A stretch of DNA of 63,999 nucleotides, counting the filler, from Basidiobolus ranarum (Eukaryota): the NCBI GenBank assembly GCA_040143965.1. It is 8 parts of 8 records of this genome, joined end to end, with 100 filler letters (N's around TTAATTAATTAA, not from the genome) between each part and the next. Parts side by side here need not be neighbours in the genome. Positions count along the whole stretch, not along the records: positions 1 to 7,950 come from JASJQH010001043.1; positions 8,051 to 15,998 come from JASJQH010001044.1; 6 more parts are not named here. One strand, given 5' to 3'. Made by a program: the position numbers and the translations under genes. Below are positions 1 through 14,514 of the stretch, piece after piece. The first letter of the stretch is position 1; every line of letters begins with the position of its first letter. Under the pieces are notes generated by a model, which was not told the DNA's origin, did no database searches, and saw nothing but the letters and a program-made list of their open reading frames with translations.

Positions 1-1398
1 TGGAGTTGTGAATAGCTTTGTGAGATAATTGTTTATTGTCCAGCAATTAAACATTTTAAATTTTTGGTGGAAATACAGAATACTAACACTGAGGTTGTGT
101 TCAGAACATCTGTGGGAGTAAAATGAGCTATCTTTGGGGCAATTTGGACAAGATTGATATTTCCAATATGGAATTGCTAATTCTCACATTATTCACATAT
201 ATATATAATATATGTTCTGATTTTCAGCTAAGTGATATTTAACTAAGTAATGTTAACTAACTTATATGTGATATATGAAATAGTTAGGTGTATAAAGATA
301 GAGATAGTAAATATGATAAAGACAATAAACTTCAACATGAAATCATTAACTCAGTTTCCTTCATCTAAGCAGAATACACAAATCCCAGTCTGGAAGCATG
401 TATTCACCACAATTTCCAGAAAACAGAAAGACCCTAATGCAATCAAGACAATAATGAAGAAAGAGAGTAGTTTTGAGTATCAAACCGCTCCCAGTGTAGC
501 CAAAGAGAAATCTGCACAACTAGTGTACGGAGAGCCAAATGATTTAAAAACCCCCACCAATTCAGCATCAGAGCAAACAAGTCAAGATCTCCCATATATA
601 CAGTCAGAGCTGGATCAAGACTCTCAGCCAGCTGAAACAGTCTAACTGACAACTGTAGACAATCTCTGCTCAGCTTGTAAAGCGCTCGCAGCACAAGAAA
701 TGCATATATGCTACTTCAGGGGTATTCTGCCATGCTATCCACTTCATTGTTGGTCCTCTTGAATTCTTAACCATCTGGTGGTAATAAAAGATTGAAGAAA
801 CATACTTGTTAAGGTTGCTTCTCATTAGCTTCATAGTCTAAGGAGAGCCATAGAGGCAGTGTAAAATACTAAAAAACGGCAACTGGTGAATAGGCACATT
901 GGAATAGGTTGGTTAGGATTCAGCAAACTTAAGGCAACATTGCTAATAACATTAATAGGAATCTACTAGTGAATGCCATGATATCGCTTGAAGGAAAACT
1001 TTCTGCTTATGAGATGTGTGATTAGACCATTGTTATTATTGGCCGTGGTTATGTCAAGAGCTATACCAGTGTTCATAATGGAATCTAGAGAAGTATTGGT
1101 TGATATAATTTCCAAATAGCCAAGTGGTATCTAATTTGCAATGCCAAGAGTAATTATGAAGTCTCCTCTAGATTGTCAACGATGAGATCTGAACATTACG
1201 ACTGTATTAATTGTTTCAGTGAGCATTTCAATTTGAACAGATCCAGCAGTGAAGTATTTTACACACACTTGTCAGGTTACAGAACTAGTGGATACAGTTG
1301 CTACAATACGTTCCATAGAAGTTACATATGGGACATTCACTTGTGGCAATGCTTGTCCTTGTTTTTAGTTTATTTACTTGAAGCACAGACCTTAAAAA

Positions 1399-2140
1399 TT
1401 GAATCAAACCTCGGATTTCTTTCCCCAGGAATACGTGTACCACAATGCATCTCCCAACACCAAGGTACACCGCAAATTTTACAAGACCTATACTAATGTT
1501 GAGCAACAGGTAAGAGCAGGGTTAGTCAAGACACTTTCTATGGTTGCCACTGGGGCCTCTGATTATGGACCTCTTGTGGCTGGACACTCCATGGTAAGAA
1601 ACTGCTGGGACTGGCTAGTAGTAGGGTCATTCTGATGCGTGATATTTTTGTAGGGAGCTGCAGTTGCTAATTTGGAAGCTATGGATATCAAGGAGATATA
1701 TCTTAATTCCAAACACAACGATTTCTTTGTTCATCCATGATTGGGTGTGGTTGATGTGAGCCGGACTCACTTGCCTAACTGTGGATCCCTCAGAGTTGGT
1801 AATGAGGCAATTTGCAGCTTTGGCCTACTCCACTCTTAGCAGTGGCGCTGATCATTTCACTAAGATTGATCAAAGCACTAATCAGAATGGCATTATCCCC
1901 AGAGCTCCTCCGGAAATATTTGGATTCGTTTACACTCCACAAGAGTTTTGGATTAGCTACAAAGAATCCAATGGTGCCATCATTGAGGATCCAAATTGTA
2001 ATGCCGGGTGATTTCCTGTGAGTGTGACTATCGTGTGGCTGCCCATCTCAAATCTGGATACTAGGTTTCGAAGCGGTTGCCAGTAAGGCTAATCCATATC
2101 TGGATTCAAACCCATTACGAGCTATACATACTAGCTATGA
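1399..2140 (+). pseudogene. Decayed class-3 (Rhizomucor/Rhizopus-type) lipase gene; boundaries approximate
   Basis: KVHRKFYKTY resembles KVHxGFY. Splicing GT..AG 1594-1653 gives the nucleophile elbow VAGHSM|GAAVA. NQNGIIPRAPPEIFGFVYTPQEFWI resembles xxDIVPHLPPxxFGFLHxxxExWI but has Gly at the catalytic Asp. In-frame TGA at 1738-1740 and frame changes follow. Confidence 0.65.
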
Positions 2141-4018
2141 AAATCACACATGTTATACCAAATGGATTCCTTGTAATTCTCATTTCATCTCCATGCCTTT
2201 CAAAAGAATTCATCAATATCTCACACACCACCATGCGGTTTACGTGGAGTTCATCATGATTCTAAATGTAGCAATGGTTGTTCTTGGATACGGCTCACAA
2301 CAGAATACAGTTGTTAAGCCAATGCCTAATTGAATGAAGCATGACTTGGCCATTTTTTTTGCTTCAAGTCATCAATCAGCTTCTTACTTGACCTTGATTC
2401 TGACGAAAGATGGGAAATTTCTATGAAAGTTGAATTTGAAGTACAAGTGCCGTGAAGTAGTATGGAATGCAGTCAAAGTAGTGAATGTGATAAAAGTGCT
2501 GAAAGTGATGGAACTAAGCACTTTGCTTCTCATTTATTTCTTTTCATTGATCATACTTTGCTCTACTGCCAAGTTTTGTTGTTTAATAAACTTTGCATTT
2601 TAGTGGTACTCTCTTTTAACAGTACTTTTAACTGCAATCTACAAGCCATAGTGTACATTGGGGTAAAGTGAAAAGTAAGTTCTTTCAGTAAGGTTACTTG
2701 CGAGGAAGCTTATGGGTTACTTCTTGTATTTGAACCATCAAGATTTTGACAGTATACAAATGCTTTTTGTGCTTATGAAAACTGTTGACTTCCATCCAAT
2801 TTCAGTGTGATGTCAATACTTTTGCTATTGGTCATAGCAAGACAGAGACTAACTAACTTCCTAGCATTCATATTCCTCCTCTTTTTGCTTCTGCCTAGGA
2901 GCAAATCAACTTGGGAAAAATATGTTTGCTGACTCTCTGTTCAGGCTGTCTAGAGCTTTGCTATATCCAATACTGATGGCTATAATGGGAGGTAGAGGAT
3001 TTATCTTAGCCAGGTCAGCCGGTCTGATATATTTAGCATTTACTCATCTACATGAAGAATGAGAATGAATTCTTTTAAGCACCTCAGAACAAACTCCTTG
3101 GTTTTTACTCCATAATACCATCAGAAGTTATGTTCTTTTCATATATTTCCTTACATCATAATTTTTCCCACCATACTTGTCATTTTATAATTACTAATGG
3201 TGTGGATGAATGTCTGATTGATTATATTGAGAGAAGTATTTCGGGATAGAGAAAGCTGTTCTCTACTTGATAAAATTGATTATAACGCAAGATTCTTGGC
3301 AATGAAAGCAGATGGGATAGACTTAGCAAATCAAGAAAAAAGTAAAGAAAGAATATGGAGACTGGAAGAAGTATTGGCAGACAGCAGTAGGAAGTGTGTA
3401 AATGGATAAGATATATGCAAACTGGCATGATTGAAGGTGTGTAGTAGAAGGATGAGGCTAATGGAGTGATTTCATATGTTACCTAATGCCTCTCTGCAAC
3501 ACTTAAATTGTTACTTTGACTGCTTACTAAAAATCAACTGTGAGTAAATCTGTCTATCTGATCCAAGCAAAAATGCTAATAATAAGAATGGCATCAAAGT
3601 GGATTCAACCTATTATAGGAGAAATTAACTTAGAGAATAGTAATTACACTCGAGACGTTAAGCTAGACTAATATTTGTGCATCACTCGAAAATTGCCCTC
3701 CTAACGAACTATGTAAAGGGAAATCAATGTGATTTCGTGAATATATATATCCATAATCATAAATGCACTTGATTACAAAGCGAACTCTGGTAACGTCAAA
3801 TGCTAAACAGTTAGTCATAGCTAGGTTGATTAGGGAAAGAAAGTAAGGACGAGATATCGTGTTAGATACCTATACATTACACACATATATGCTGTAGGCA
3901 AACAGAGATAATAAACGTTAATATTGACTCAGGCTCCGTATGTATCCTATTTACCAGCTGTAGTTAATGAGTGAATCTATGTGGATATCTATGATTTATT
4001 TCTAAGACGTTGTCTATA

Positions 4019-5723
4019 TTACGATCCGATCAGCTTGGTGTATAGTAACAAAGTACCAAATGCAAATATATGCACAAAGGATTTACCAGCAATCAAGATA
4101 GAGGCCTCCGATTTCGATGCTGCACCTAGGGTCTGATCAGAACCCATATACAGTATTGGTCTCAACTCAGGCCCCTTCTGTACAAACTTCACGCCTTGCT
4201 TTAAAAGATTACTTTTTAATGTTGCTGGGTCCCAGTCTTTTTCACCCAAAATTAATGCCATTGTCCCAGTCACCTAGAAATATCAATCAATTAATCGAAC
4301 CAAATGATCAAATGAAGGACAGAATTACGTGAGGGGTCGCCATAGAGGTACCCGAGAGCGAATGACTTGATTGCGGGCCTGTCTTCCACGCAGAGACAAT
4401 ATCCGTTCCTGGAGCGTAACTGAAGTATCTGGTTAATCTCTACAAGTGAATGTCTCGAATCATTGGCACTTACATAGATACACAGGAGCCATAATTTGAA
4501 AAGCCAGTTATTCGATCAGACCTATCTATAGCACCTACCACCACTGCTTGAGATACTGAACTTGGAGAGTAACGACAAGCATTATTACCATCGTTTCCAG
4601 CTGGTAGAAATTCATGAGTATATCCGTATATATGTATCTACTTTTGAGAAGTATACTATACCTGCGATTGAGAAATGAATTCCGAGCTCAATGGCCTCTT
4701 CAATAGCGTCATTTGCAGCTTGACTGAAGTCGGCACTCAACGAAAGACTATCTAGGGTTAATTATTTGCTGGATCATGATAATAACATTGGACAATTACT
4801 TGACGATACTCTTCTGGCCAGGATTTTTAAGATGTTCTTTTACTATCCATTCGACTCCACGTAGGACGTCGCTGAGCCTTCCCGACCCATCAGCATTTAA
4901 TGCTTTAATAGATACTAGATTTGCCTGCTTAGCAACGCCGAATGTTTTTCCTAAAATGGGCCTACATTACTAATGTTCATATTTATGCCTCTCTTTTTTC
5001 CGCCCATCAATTACCTATTGCTACGCCTGCAATGAAAGTACCATGACCATGTCGGTCAGTACCATCTGGGTCCCCATTTAAGGTTGGACCCCAAGTGGCT
5101 CGCCCTTCGAATGCAAGATGATCAACGTTGACACCACTATTATGGAAACAAATTAATAACGAGCAAATCAAAGAGAGTCACCTCGAAATAGGATGAATAT
5201 TGAGCGAATCATGAGCCAAACATACGTATCAATCACATAAATGGTAACGCCTTTGCCAGAAGAAGCAGGATAACGAAATTGACCATCAGTTCCTAGTTGT
5301 TGATCGATTCTATCCAATCCCTAAACCAAAGTTAATATTTCCTTGAATACTTGCATGGTAACTACCCGAAGGACCAGAATCAACTCTTACCCAATTGGGC
5401 GGCTTATTTTGTACATCACATGTGTGTACTGGTAAATCAGGTATGATATATTCTACTTCTGGCATTTCCTTGAGTTTTGATAGCATTTCCGTCTGCAATT
5501 CTCCAGAATACCATTGAAAATCCCCGATATTTCGCATGTTCATTGAATTTGTGGAATTCGATTTGGACGCGAGCCAGGTGAAATGGTTGGACTTGGCCAT
5601 GGTAAGTGATTTCTTGAAAACAACGATATGTCCCATTCCAGCGCATACTTCCTCAAGTCCACACAGAAGGTACCAAGTCAACCATAATAACGGAAGCGAT
5701 CGACCAAGTACTGATTGAGACAT
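4019..5723 (-). CDS. Secreted subtilisin-like serine protease (S8A, proteinase K family) with I9 propeptide; multi-exon
   Basis: Hydrophobic N-terminus, propeptide (HIVVFK...PEVEYI), NW|GLDRIDQ, and catalytic motifs IYVIDT|GV, HGHGTFIAG, AGN and SGTSMATPH|VTG across short GT-AG introns. Confidence 0.95.
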
Positions 5724-6398
5724 TACTTTACCGATAAATAGGAAGATATCACGATCAAAGTGGAACTCGAACGTGAGCGTAAGGGAATGGAATGTGTACT
5801 TGGAGATCCTTCTTTCTCCCTTAAGTATATATTGGGCTACACGAAGGAAGATTAAAATGTGAGCGGGAATGCGAATGATTATCTATTATCTGCCATTATC
5901 TCATATTTTACACTAATCTCCGAAGATGCATTTATCCATAAATGGCATGTTTTTTACAATGGAATTTTAGCTACTGGACTGCATTCCATAGAGATGACTC
6001 ATTATATTATCGATAAGATTCGACGTCATCCAATGAATTGTCGGTGTATATTTAGGGTTAATACATACAATGATTTTGAGAAATATAGGGGAATTTGATT
6101 CTTAATTCGATGAAAATGATGACTTCTAAAACAATGCTGTATGCTATCAGTTACTCACAGTAGGAGATGGAAAATGAAGAAAAGTGATGAAGTGAAAGGA
6201 TGGAGACGAGTGTGTCTAATATTCACACGCTCTATAGCCCAAGGGCGTTATAAAGGTGCTCTAGTGCTAGAGAGACCAGGTGTTGGAAAGAAGTGACACG
6301 ATTGGATACAGTTAGGCGGATGAATAAATGAGAGCAAAGAGCACACGCACTAAACATGATGATGAATTTGCAGTGAAAGATACGGAGACTCACACACA

Positions 6399-7950
6399 CT
6401 ACTTGTTATGGAAGCTGTTGAATAATCCTATTGTCTCTGGAGATGCTAAGGTTTCCGGACCGCCTTTAGCGTTGTCATTGCGTAAATCTTCGATATGTGC
6501 CAAGTATTCGGTAGTAACGCCGCCGGTGATGTAGTCTCCATCAAATACAGAGGCCTCAAAGCGCTCGATTTTGGGGTTGAAGCGAGCGCAAGACTTCACG
6601 AGGTCATCCAAATCTTGGAAAACGACACAATCAGCACCAATTTCTTGGGAGACTTCGTCTTCTGTGCGTCCATAAGCAACCAATTCCTTTGCCGATGGCA
6701 TATCAATGCCATACACATTCGGGAATCTATAATACGAGTAATCTGTTAACTTTACGATCTCAGATGAATAAAAGTATATCTTGCTCACCTAATAGCGGGG
6801 GCACAAGAAGCAAAATATACTTTCTTTGCTCCGACATCTCTAGCCATTTGGATGATCTCCTTTGAGGTGGTGCCTCTCACGATAGAATCATCCACCAAGA
6901 GTACGTTTTTACCGGCAAATTCCAATGGCATAGGATTTAATTTTCTTCGTACATTCTTACGTCTCATTTGCTGTCCTGGCATAATGAAAGTACGTCCAAC
7001 ATAACGGTTTTTGATGAAGCCTTCTCTAAACAGAATTCCTAGCTTGTAAGACAGCTGTAGGGCCGATACGCGAGAAGTGTCAGGCACAGGAATAACAACA
7101 TCTATATCATGATTAGGTCCAAGTTTTTTGATAACCTGCGCGGCAAGGGCTTCTCCCATAGCCAGGCGAGATCTGTACACGGAGATGCCATCGATAATTG
7201 AATCAGGTCTAGCAAAATAGACATATTCAAAGATGCATGGTGTGTAAGGTTTCCCGGGCATCAGCATTCTCTTGGTAAAGTTATTTTTACTTAAAATGAT
7301 AGCCTCTCCGGGTAAGACATCGATGATATCGGTGAATCCGAGTACATCCAACACGACACTTTCAGAAGCAAACATATAATCGTAGCCATCACCTGAAGGA
7401 CGACGACCATAGACCAGAGGTCTGATTCCGTTAGGATCTCTAAAAGCAATGATACCAAACCCTATATCGAGGTTGAGGTTGAGTTTGAGTTTGAGAGTGA
7501 ACGGGAGAGTACAAGAACCTATTAATTACCAGCAATCATAGCAAGACAAGCGTAACCACCGACACAAGTATCATAGATACCCTTGATGGCAGTGAATATA
7601 TCTTCCTCGTTAATTCTAGTATTCAAATGAAAGAGTGAGAGATTGCCCTTTGAAATACACAATTACAAGTACCTACCTGGCTTTTCCAGTTTTTTGTAGG
7701 TTATCAGCAAATATATTTAGAAGAACCTCACTATCAGAAGAGGTATTGATGTGTCTGTGAGCATCAAAATCTAAATAGTTTCGTAAGCTCTCGGTGTTGA
7801 TAAGATTTCCGTTCTGTAGATAGAAAGGTAAGTACGGTTGAGAATAAGAATATTATCAAAGATAAGCCATACATGAGCAAAAACAATTCCGTAGGGGCTG
7901 TTAACGTAAAAGGGTTGAGCTTCCGAGGACGAAGAAGAACCAGCAGTGGG
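6399..7950 (-). CDS. ADE4: Amidophosphoribosyltransferase, 5'-truncated by contig end; multi-exon
   Basis: [58 protein letters not shown] (PRPP loop), FPNVYGIDM. Confidence 0.96.
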
Positions 7951-8050
7951 NNNNNNNNNNNNNNNNNNNNNNNNNNNNNNNNNNNNNNNNNNNNTTAATT
8001 AATTAANNNNNNNNNNNNNNNNNNNNNNNNNNNNNNNNNNNNNNNNNNNN
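7951..8050. other. Artificial contig linker
   Basis: 44 N + TTAATTAATTAA (stops in all six frames) + 44 N. Confidence 0.98.
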
Positions 8051-8200
8051 CTACAAAGGTCGGTTATAAATATTAAAATACTGTATGATTCTACTCTTTG
8101 TTCAAAGTTCTCTTTGAAACAAACGTTCGTGTAAGCTTACGAATAAGGTTATTGCATTGCAAGTACCTAAAAAAAATTCCTGATCGTACTAAGAAAGGTC

Positions 8201-11200
8201 CTAGCTCAAACTACCATATTCAGAGTTCCACTGAAGATACATTTCCAGGTCCTTATCACTAACACTCGCTCGCACTTGAGTCAGAGCATCCATGAAATCT
8301 TGAAAAGTGACTGGGCGTACGTCGTCTGCCGAAATATTACATATATCCCCAATCGAACGGATAGGTCCAAGTGCAGCTTCTCGACACAATCCGTCCATGT
8401 CTGAACCTGAGTACCCATCTGTAAGTCGGCAAATCTCCTGGATATCTGCCTCGGTTAAAGAATTCTTTTGTTTCTTCAGTAAATTTTTAATAATCGTACA
8501 TCTCCCGACAGACTCAGGAAGTGGTATATATAAACGTTTTCGAAAACGACGACCTGAAGAGAAAATGATTTAAGCATTGATATTTGAGCAACGAGTTGGT
8601 CATGAATAATTATGCCTACGTGCTGCTTCGTCTATTTCTTGGGGTCGGTTGGTCGCTCCTATCGCTTTTTAGTAAATACATGGTGTTTTTAAAGATAATC
8701 ATATAAATTATTTACCAACTATTAGGATTCTATCCTCATCTGTAGTGGTGCCACAGCCATCCTGAAATAAACGCAAGTAAATAATGGAAAATAGGATAGA
8801 TGTCGCAGCCTGGTTTAACTTACAAACTGGATCAGAAACTCGGTTTTGATTCTTCGGGAGGCCTCTACTTCGCCGTCTGTACGTTGGGTCAACAAAGAAT
8901 CGATCTAAATGTTATTCATTAGTTTACTTGGGTTTATGAATACCAAAATAACATGCTAAGAGGTAACCTCGTCAATGAATATTACAGCAGGTTGATGACA
9001 CCTTGCCACGGTGAATAAGGCTCTAACCTGTTGAAATAAATTAATGAATCTTAGAAACCATTTGCTATTCGAGCAAGTGACTATTGAAACACTTACCATT
9101 TTCTCTCCCTCGCCGACCCATTTAGATGTCAATGAGGAGGAGCTGAAAAACAAATCATACATGTGAGTTAAGCAAGTCCATGATATATAATCCAGGCTGA
9201 CATACCTGATGCTGAAAAATGTAGCTCCGGATTGACTTTAATTGATGATTTAGAATACGGAAAAACAACATAACAATTCATTCATGCAATGAGTACCTTG
9301 CAATACACTTTCCAATCAATGTCTTTCCTGTAATTCATGTGTGAGAATTAGCTTATATTAACGATATATAGAGTAGCTCTTACCTGTTCCTGGTGGCCCG
9401 AATAAAAGGAGGCCTGAAACAAAACATCAATTTACATAATCATAGAACACTAGTCTTTTAAGATTACGTACCTTTGGGTGGGCCACGGAGACCGGTAAAG
9501 ATATCTCTGGTAACATACAAATTACTTCAATAAAAGATACATTTTCGTGAACATTGAGATTGGTGTACATACGGTCGAAGCATAGGCCAAACAACAATTT
9601 CCTTAATAGTGTTCTTTGCATGTTCCAATCCTGCTATGTCTTCCCAAGTAATAGACAGAGAACGGTCCATAATCTAATTACGTTAGTTCAAAGCATTTCA
9701 TATCCAAGTATCTTCATAAAACCTTACATACTTCATTCATAATCATTTCAATCATACGAGGCTCAATGTTTTTGAGGCGTTCGTCAACCGGCTCTTCGGG
9801 ATCAACTTTGGAATCCTTGTTGTTACCACTCCCTCCGTTAAATTTGGCGCCATCAGAATTAGGTTTACGATTGACATTATTATTATTGAGATTATAGATC
9901 CTGCAAGTTAGGTGTTAGAAATTGAAAATTCAGCAGATCAAGATATACTTACCGAAAATCAGTGCGAAATTGTTCTTCCTCTTCTTCCTCAGTTTTATTC
10001 CGGTTGTTGAATGGTGTGATGAATTTTCCTCGTTTACCTGAAGTGCCGAGCGCTTTCTTCCTAGGGAAAGCTGAGTTTTGGTTGAGTCCACCTCTTGTTG
10101 AAGACGTTTGTCCGCGAAAGCTCGAATTCTGTTTCTTCTGGTGTTCAACAATCTTCCATAGAGATATTAGCATCACATACACATTGAATTTACAATAATA
10201 AATAAAAGCTTACAAGCTGCTGTTTGGCCGTAACAAATTCACTAGAACGGTCTACTTCGCTGTCAGAATTGTCGCTCGAATCAAAATACTTCTGAGGAGA
10301 GAAAATCAGTAAGTTGATAGTAAACTCGAATAAGTTTATTCTGTACCCTCTTGGTTTGTCCGGCTCCGTTCGAAAACTTTGAAGGGAATGTATCAGCCCT
10401 ATCTGTGTTTTCAAAAGGTTTCTTTTGATATCTTGAATTCACAGTGGCCTCACTGTTGACAATGGGATTAAAGCGACCTTGGAATCTAGTTTTAAAAATA
10501 AAAATAAATCATTTGATCATTACCTAAACTAGGATTGACTACATACCTATCAACTTTATCAAATGTGTTCTCGTTGTTTGAGGGTTTGAAGTAATGAGTA
10601 ACTTGTTGAGTTTCTTCTATGTGAGGATGAAATGATTCCGTAGAAGAAATGGTCGAGTTGCCTTTAGGTAAGCTGCCACGATAGTTTGGTAAGTTTGGCT
10701 GAGTGATAGTACTAGGTGCTTGGACTCCATTCGATCCTTTATAAGTATTTGTGTTAGGAATTGGGTTTGAAGTTTGAGTCCTCAAAACTTCTTTCTGCAT
10801 TATTTTCTGAATGTCCGATATTTCCAATGGAACAAGTTCCGGAAATGTATTAATACAGTTCTAAATGTTATTGATAAGTAAAATTGTTGCAAATAAATAT
10901 AAGAATAAAGTAGTTGTTCTCTACCAGTGTTGGTATTTTGTCAAGAGTGAGAGTAGATTTAGCCTCTTTAATTTTGCTGAAGAAGCCTTTACGCTCTCGT
11001 TTTCTTTGGAGGTTTTGTTCAATCTTCTGTGCGATAGGACAAGAAGAAAAATCTCTAGACGTCATCATTTCCGAATATTTATTTAGCATTTCATACACGA
11101 AAACCTTAGCCTCCCCTCGATCCGGAATCTTTGGGTCGGTATTAAGAAACTCGGTATCAACTAAGCTTAAAGCAGCCCGAATGCAGGAAGTAGCCTCTCT

Positions 11201-11305
11201 TTGCTTCTCAGCAGGGATTTCTGTGTTCTCATTTGGAGTTAATTTCTCGGCTGAAAAGATGTTTTTCTGAAAAAAGTGTAATTTGTTTGTGTTTACTGGG
11301 TCCAT
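8201..11305 (-). CDS. FIGNL1: Fidgetin-like 1 AAA ATPase; multi-exon
   Basis: [58 protein letters not shown] (Walker A), [22 protein letters not shown] (Walker B), [12 protein letters not shown], and a Vps4_C-like end ([10 protein letters not shown]). ATG at 11305. Confidence 0.9.
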
Positions 11306-13092
11306 TGTCAAGAACAACCATCGTTATTTCAAACAATCGTTAGTTTTTGTTTATTATTCAAAATACGACTGATATTTTAGAACCCTACTTAATTGGTCAA
11401 TAAAATGATACTAGGGTTCAAAATGGTTGAACGCTGCGGCTTATTCATTCTCAATTCAGTCGCTCCAAAAGTGCCTATAGGTCTGCGATTAAATTCTTTC
11501 ATTTACATTAATTAAACAAATAGGCCAGTTGCTCAAACAACTCTCCCAAATGATTATAGATGTACTGCATTTACCATATATGCTTACAGTTCTGTGCCTC
11601 CTAGGCTTGTTATTCAGCTAAGAATAGGTCATCTATTCAGATAGTGATTGAAGTACATGTTTCGGCTTACTGTATTAGGAAAGCCATCTTCCGCTTTTTG
11701 GTTCATCAGGTAGCCTATGTGTTGAAATTGATAGCTGTCATTTTGTATACTGAGCCGAAAGAGGTTGTTTGGTTACAAGTGAAGAGAACAGCAAAGAAGC
11801 AAAGTGAATAGGAATTGAAAACCAGCATTATGGCGTGCCTTCCTCGTATTGAGTAAGTTTTACAAGAGCATTTGATCTACAGATCCAAGTAATTTGATAC
11901 AAAAAAACTGGTCAGTGGCTCTAGGTTCGAGCGCTTGCAAATTTTTACAGATACATCCGTATTTGTGACTTTGAAGGTTAGGCTTAGCATACCTGTCTAC
12001 AGAATATGTGATTCAAATATTACATACGATCGCTATATGCTCATATATTTACTGCTTTATATATCAATATACCTTCTTAACTAGCCTGCTCTCTTCGTGT
12101 CCGATAGAGTGATGCTACTTCTTTTGATCTATCTCTCTCAAAATAATCGAAGTAAAGCCAGAGTTTTAAGAAGCTTATGAGAGCCTAATCGCCTTCTTTA
12201 TTCCCAATGCTCTTGATCTTCAACCCATGCGGTACCATATGTACACATGCACTCTGACTTTGAATTCGAACAACGTCATACTTTGTGCTCGTTTAACTTG
12301 AACTGAACTTCCACGTGACATCTCTCGTTCAGTCTCTAATTCCTAGATCTATTTCGATATTGTCAGAATCAAAAATAAACTAAGTTTATCTGTTTTGGAA
12401 TCAAATAACAACGCCATTTAAAACAAGTAGGGATTTCACGTTAACAATCATCATAATTATTACTCTTATGAAAGCACTAAAGATTACAAATATTGAAAAT
12501 GAAAAATCAACATGAAATGGTAACTTTTATAACATCTATTATCCTCACCTAAATGACAATTTTTGCACACGTTCTAACATCGTTTACCACGTTAGAATAT
12601 GGCATCTAGCTTTCGATCCAATTCAATCTAGTAAATGTTGACTACAGTATTATATATATTACATAGACTATGTACAAGTCAAATCCTTCTTTGCGACTAC
12701 CTAAGCTCCAGTTTTATCAGTATTTGTGCGTTCAAGTAAAATAGTTAGTGATCAGAACCTTTCAAAAAATGACTGTCGCAACTGTTAATGCCCATCAATG
12801 TAAAATGGTTATATTCTATTCAATTATGCACTTTGTTCAGCTACGATACATATATATACATAAATATTACGACTGAATTCACACGAAATAAACATCAAAT
12901 GCTTAACAAGTTGTATATTGGATATTTGTGTAAATGCATGGGAACATAAGATATGAATATATTGTACCAGTGGTTGATAAAGGTGCTTGCACAGATGCAT
13001 CCTACATATAGATTTAATCTGTGCTTGAATGAGGAAAGAATGCAAGCAAGCTCTTGCCAAAGGTAAATTATTAATGTTGTCGAATTCAAAAC

Positions 13093-13445
13093 TCACTCAA
13101 AAGCTTTTCTCCATACTATAAAGACAAGAGTTAGTAAAGAATAAGAAAAAAATGATACCTAACCAAAAAGAATATAATCAATAAGGTTTACATACTCCAA
13201 AAGGAAAATCTTCTCCCAGCCATCCTAGCGACAATAGGAAAAACGAAGGCAGTAAATAAAACCTTCAGTTGGTTCATATTTTCTTCCCATTCAGCCTCAA
13301 GATCATAATCATCTTCACTCTCTTCTGTTTCTTCTTCCTCAAGATCATGCAATTCTTGTTCCGAATCTATCTCCTCCTGTTGGGAAGATAAATCCCCTAA
13401 AGCTGATTCGTCAAGGTATCCATCACTAGTAACAGGCAAAGACAT
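13093..13445 (-). CDS. MIM2: Mitochondrial import protein Mim2-like; 2 exons (13445-13196, 13115-13093)
   Basis: Acidic N-terminus followed by EAEWEENMNQLKVLFTAFVFPIVARMAGRRFSFW|IWRKAFE*, matching the Mim2 pattern EWEESxxQL..L...P..G+..GR+F..W. Confidence 0.7.
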
Positions 13446-13829
13446 ATTTTTACTATTATATATTGAATGTGCTGTTCCCCAAATGCACACTGACACAAAT
13501 AATTAATCGTCAGAAGTTAGTATTTAAGATATGTGAGATTTAGTGAATCAAGAAAAATTTGGGGATAAGCCCTGTCTCCATAAGTAGATTAGATTTTGAC
13601 TTGGATGAAAATTTTAGGAGAAACGAAAGAGCAAAAAATAAGATAGTGCAAGCCATTTATTTCATTCTAATGTATGGTTGGTAGAGTCTCGTTTGAGCTT
13701 CAGCGGTTATTAATGTGTATCAACGATAAATACCCAAATGTAGATGAGGAACATGATGTGCGGACTCTGTCAATATGAAATTACTAGCAAAGCACATTTC
13801 GTTTTATTGAAAAATGGTTGTCGCAAAGT

Positions 13830-14147
13830 TTAGATCTCGGCAACAGTGAGGGAAGGAGGGAGAGATTGCTTGAGTTTCTCAGCCTTCTCAAGGTCAGCAA
13901 CAACAAGGGTGTAAAGGTACTTGGAGCATCTAATCTTGAATTTAACTTCGGCACCGTTCTTCTTAATACGAGCGGACTTAGCGTCCTTACGGCGAGCGAT
14001 TTCGAGGAAGTTCTTGATGTCGTGGACTTGCTTAGGCTGTGAATGAATTGAAATTATGCGTTAGTTTAACTGAATATCGATCTCAACTTGGTTCCCATCC
14101 ATCAATATGGATACCACCATCACGTATTATAAACAAAACCTAACCAT
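13830..14147 (-). CDS. RPL38: 60S ribosomal protein L38 (eL38); intron directly after ATG (14144-14037)
   Basis: [69 protein letters not shown]. Not shown in the ORF track. Confidence 0.97.
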
Positions 14148-14514
14148 TTTGAAGAACAGCCAAATAGATCGAAATGTCGAAAGAGAAAGAGTGAATGTGT
14201 CTATAATCAACCTTTATTACTCCTCATCATCGATGTGTTGTTCGTCGATTTATTGGCCTTAACCTACTCGATTTGAGAACTCTTTAGCCAATCATGCTGG
14301 GTTTTTATTTTTTTGAATTTCGTAGTAACCCTAAATTGATCTTAGACGGAGCCCCCTTATCTACCAAAACGTTTGCTATGTCAAATACATCAGAGCTATA
14401 TCTAAGCGCCTTGATTGACTAGATGCTTTATATAAGTAGAAAAGTTTTATTGAGACTTAATTGAACTTTAAAGAATGTGAAAAGGGAGCTATAGAACTAT
14501 TCAATGATCCGGTG

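Noticed and set aside
7995-8006. Recurrent TTAATTAATTAA as a biological palindrome or CRISPR-like repeat
   Set aside because: It is always centred in 44+44 N and is a synthetic six-frame stop linker.
11550-12180. Possible small multi-exon gene divergent from FIGNL1 (several GT..AG-like signals)
   Set aside because: I could not build one convincing spliced frame or recognise a product.
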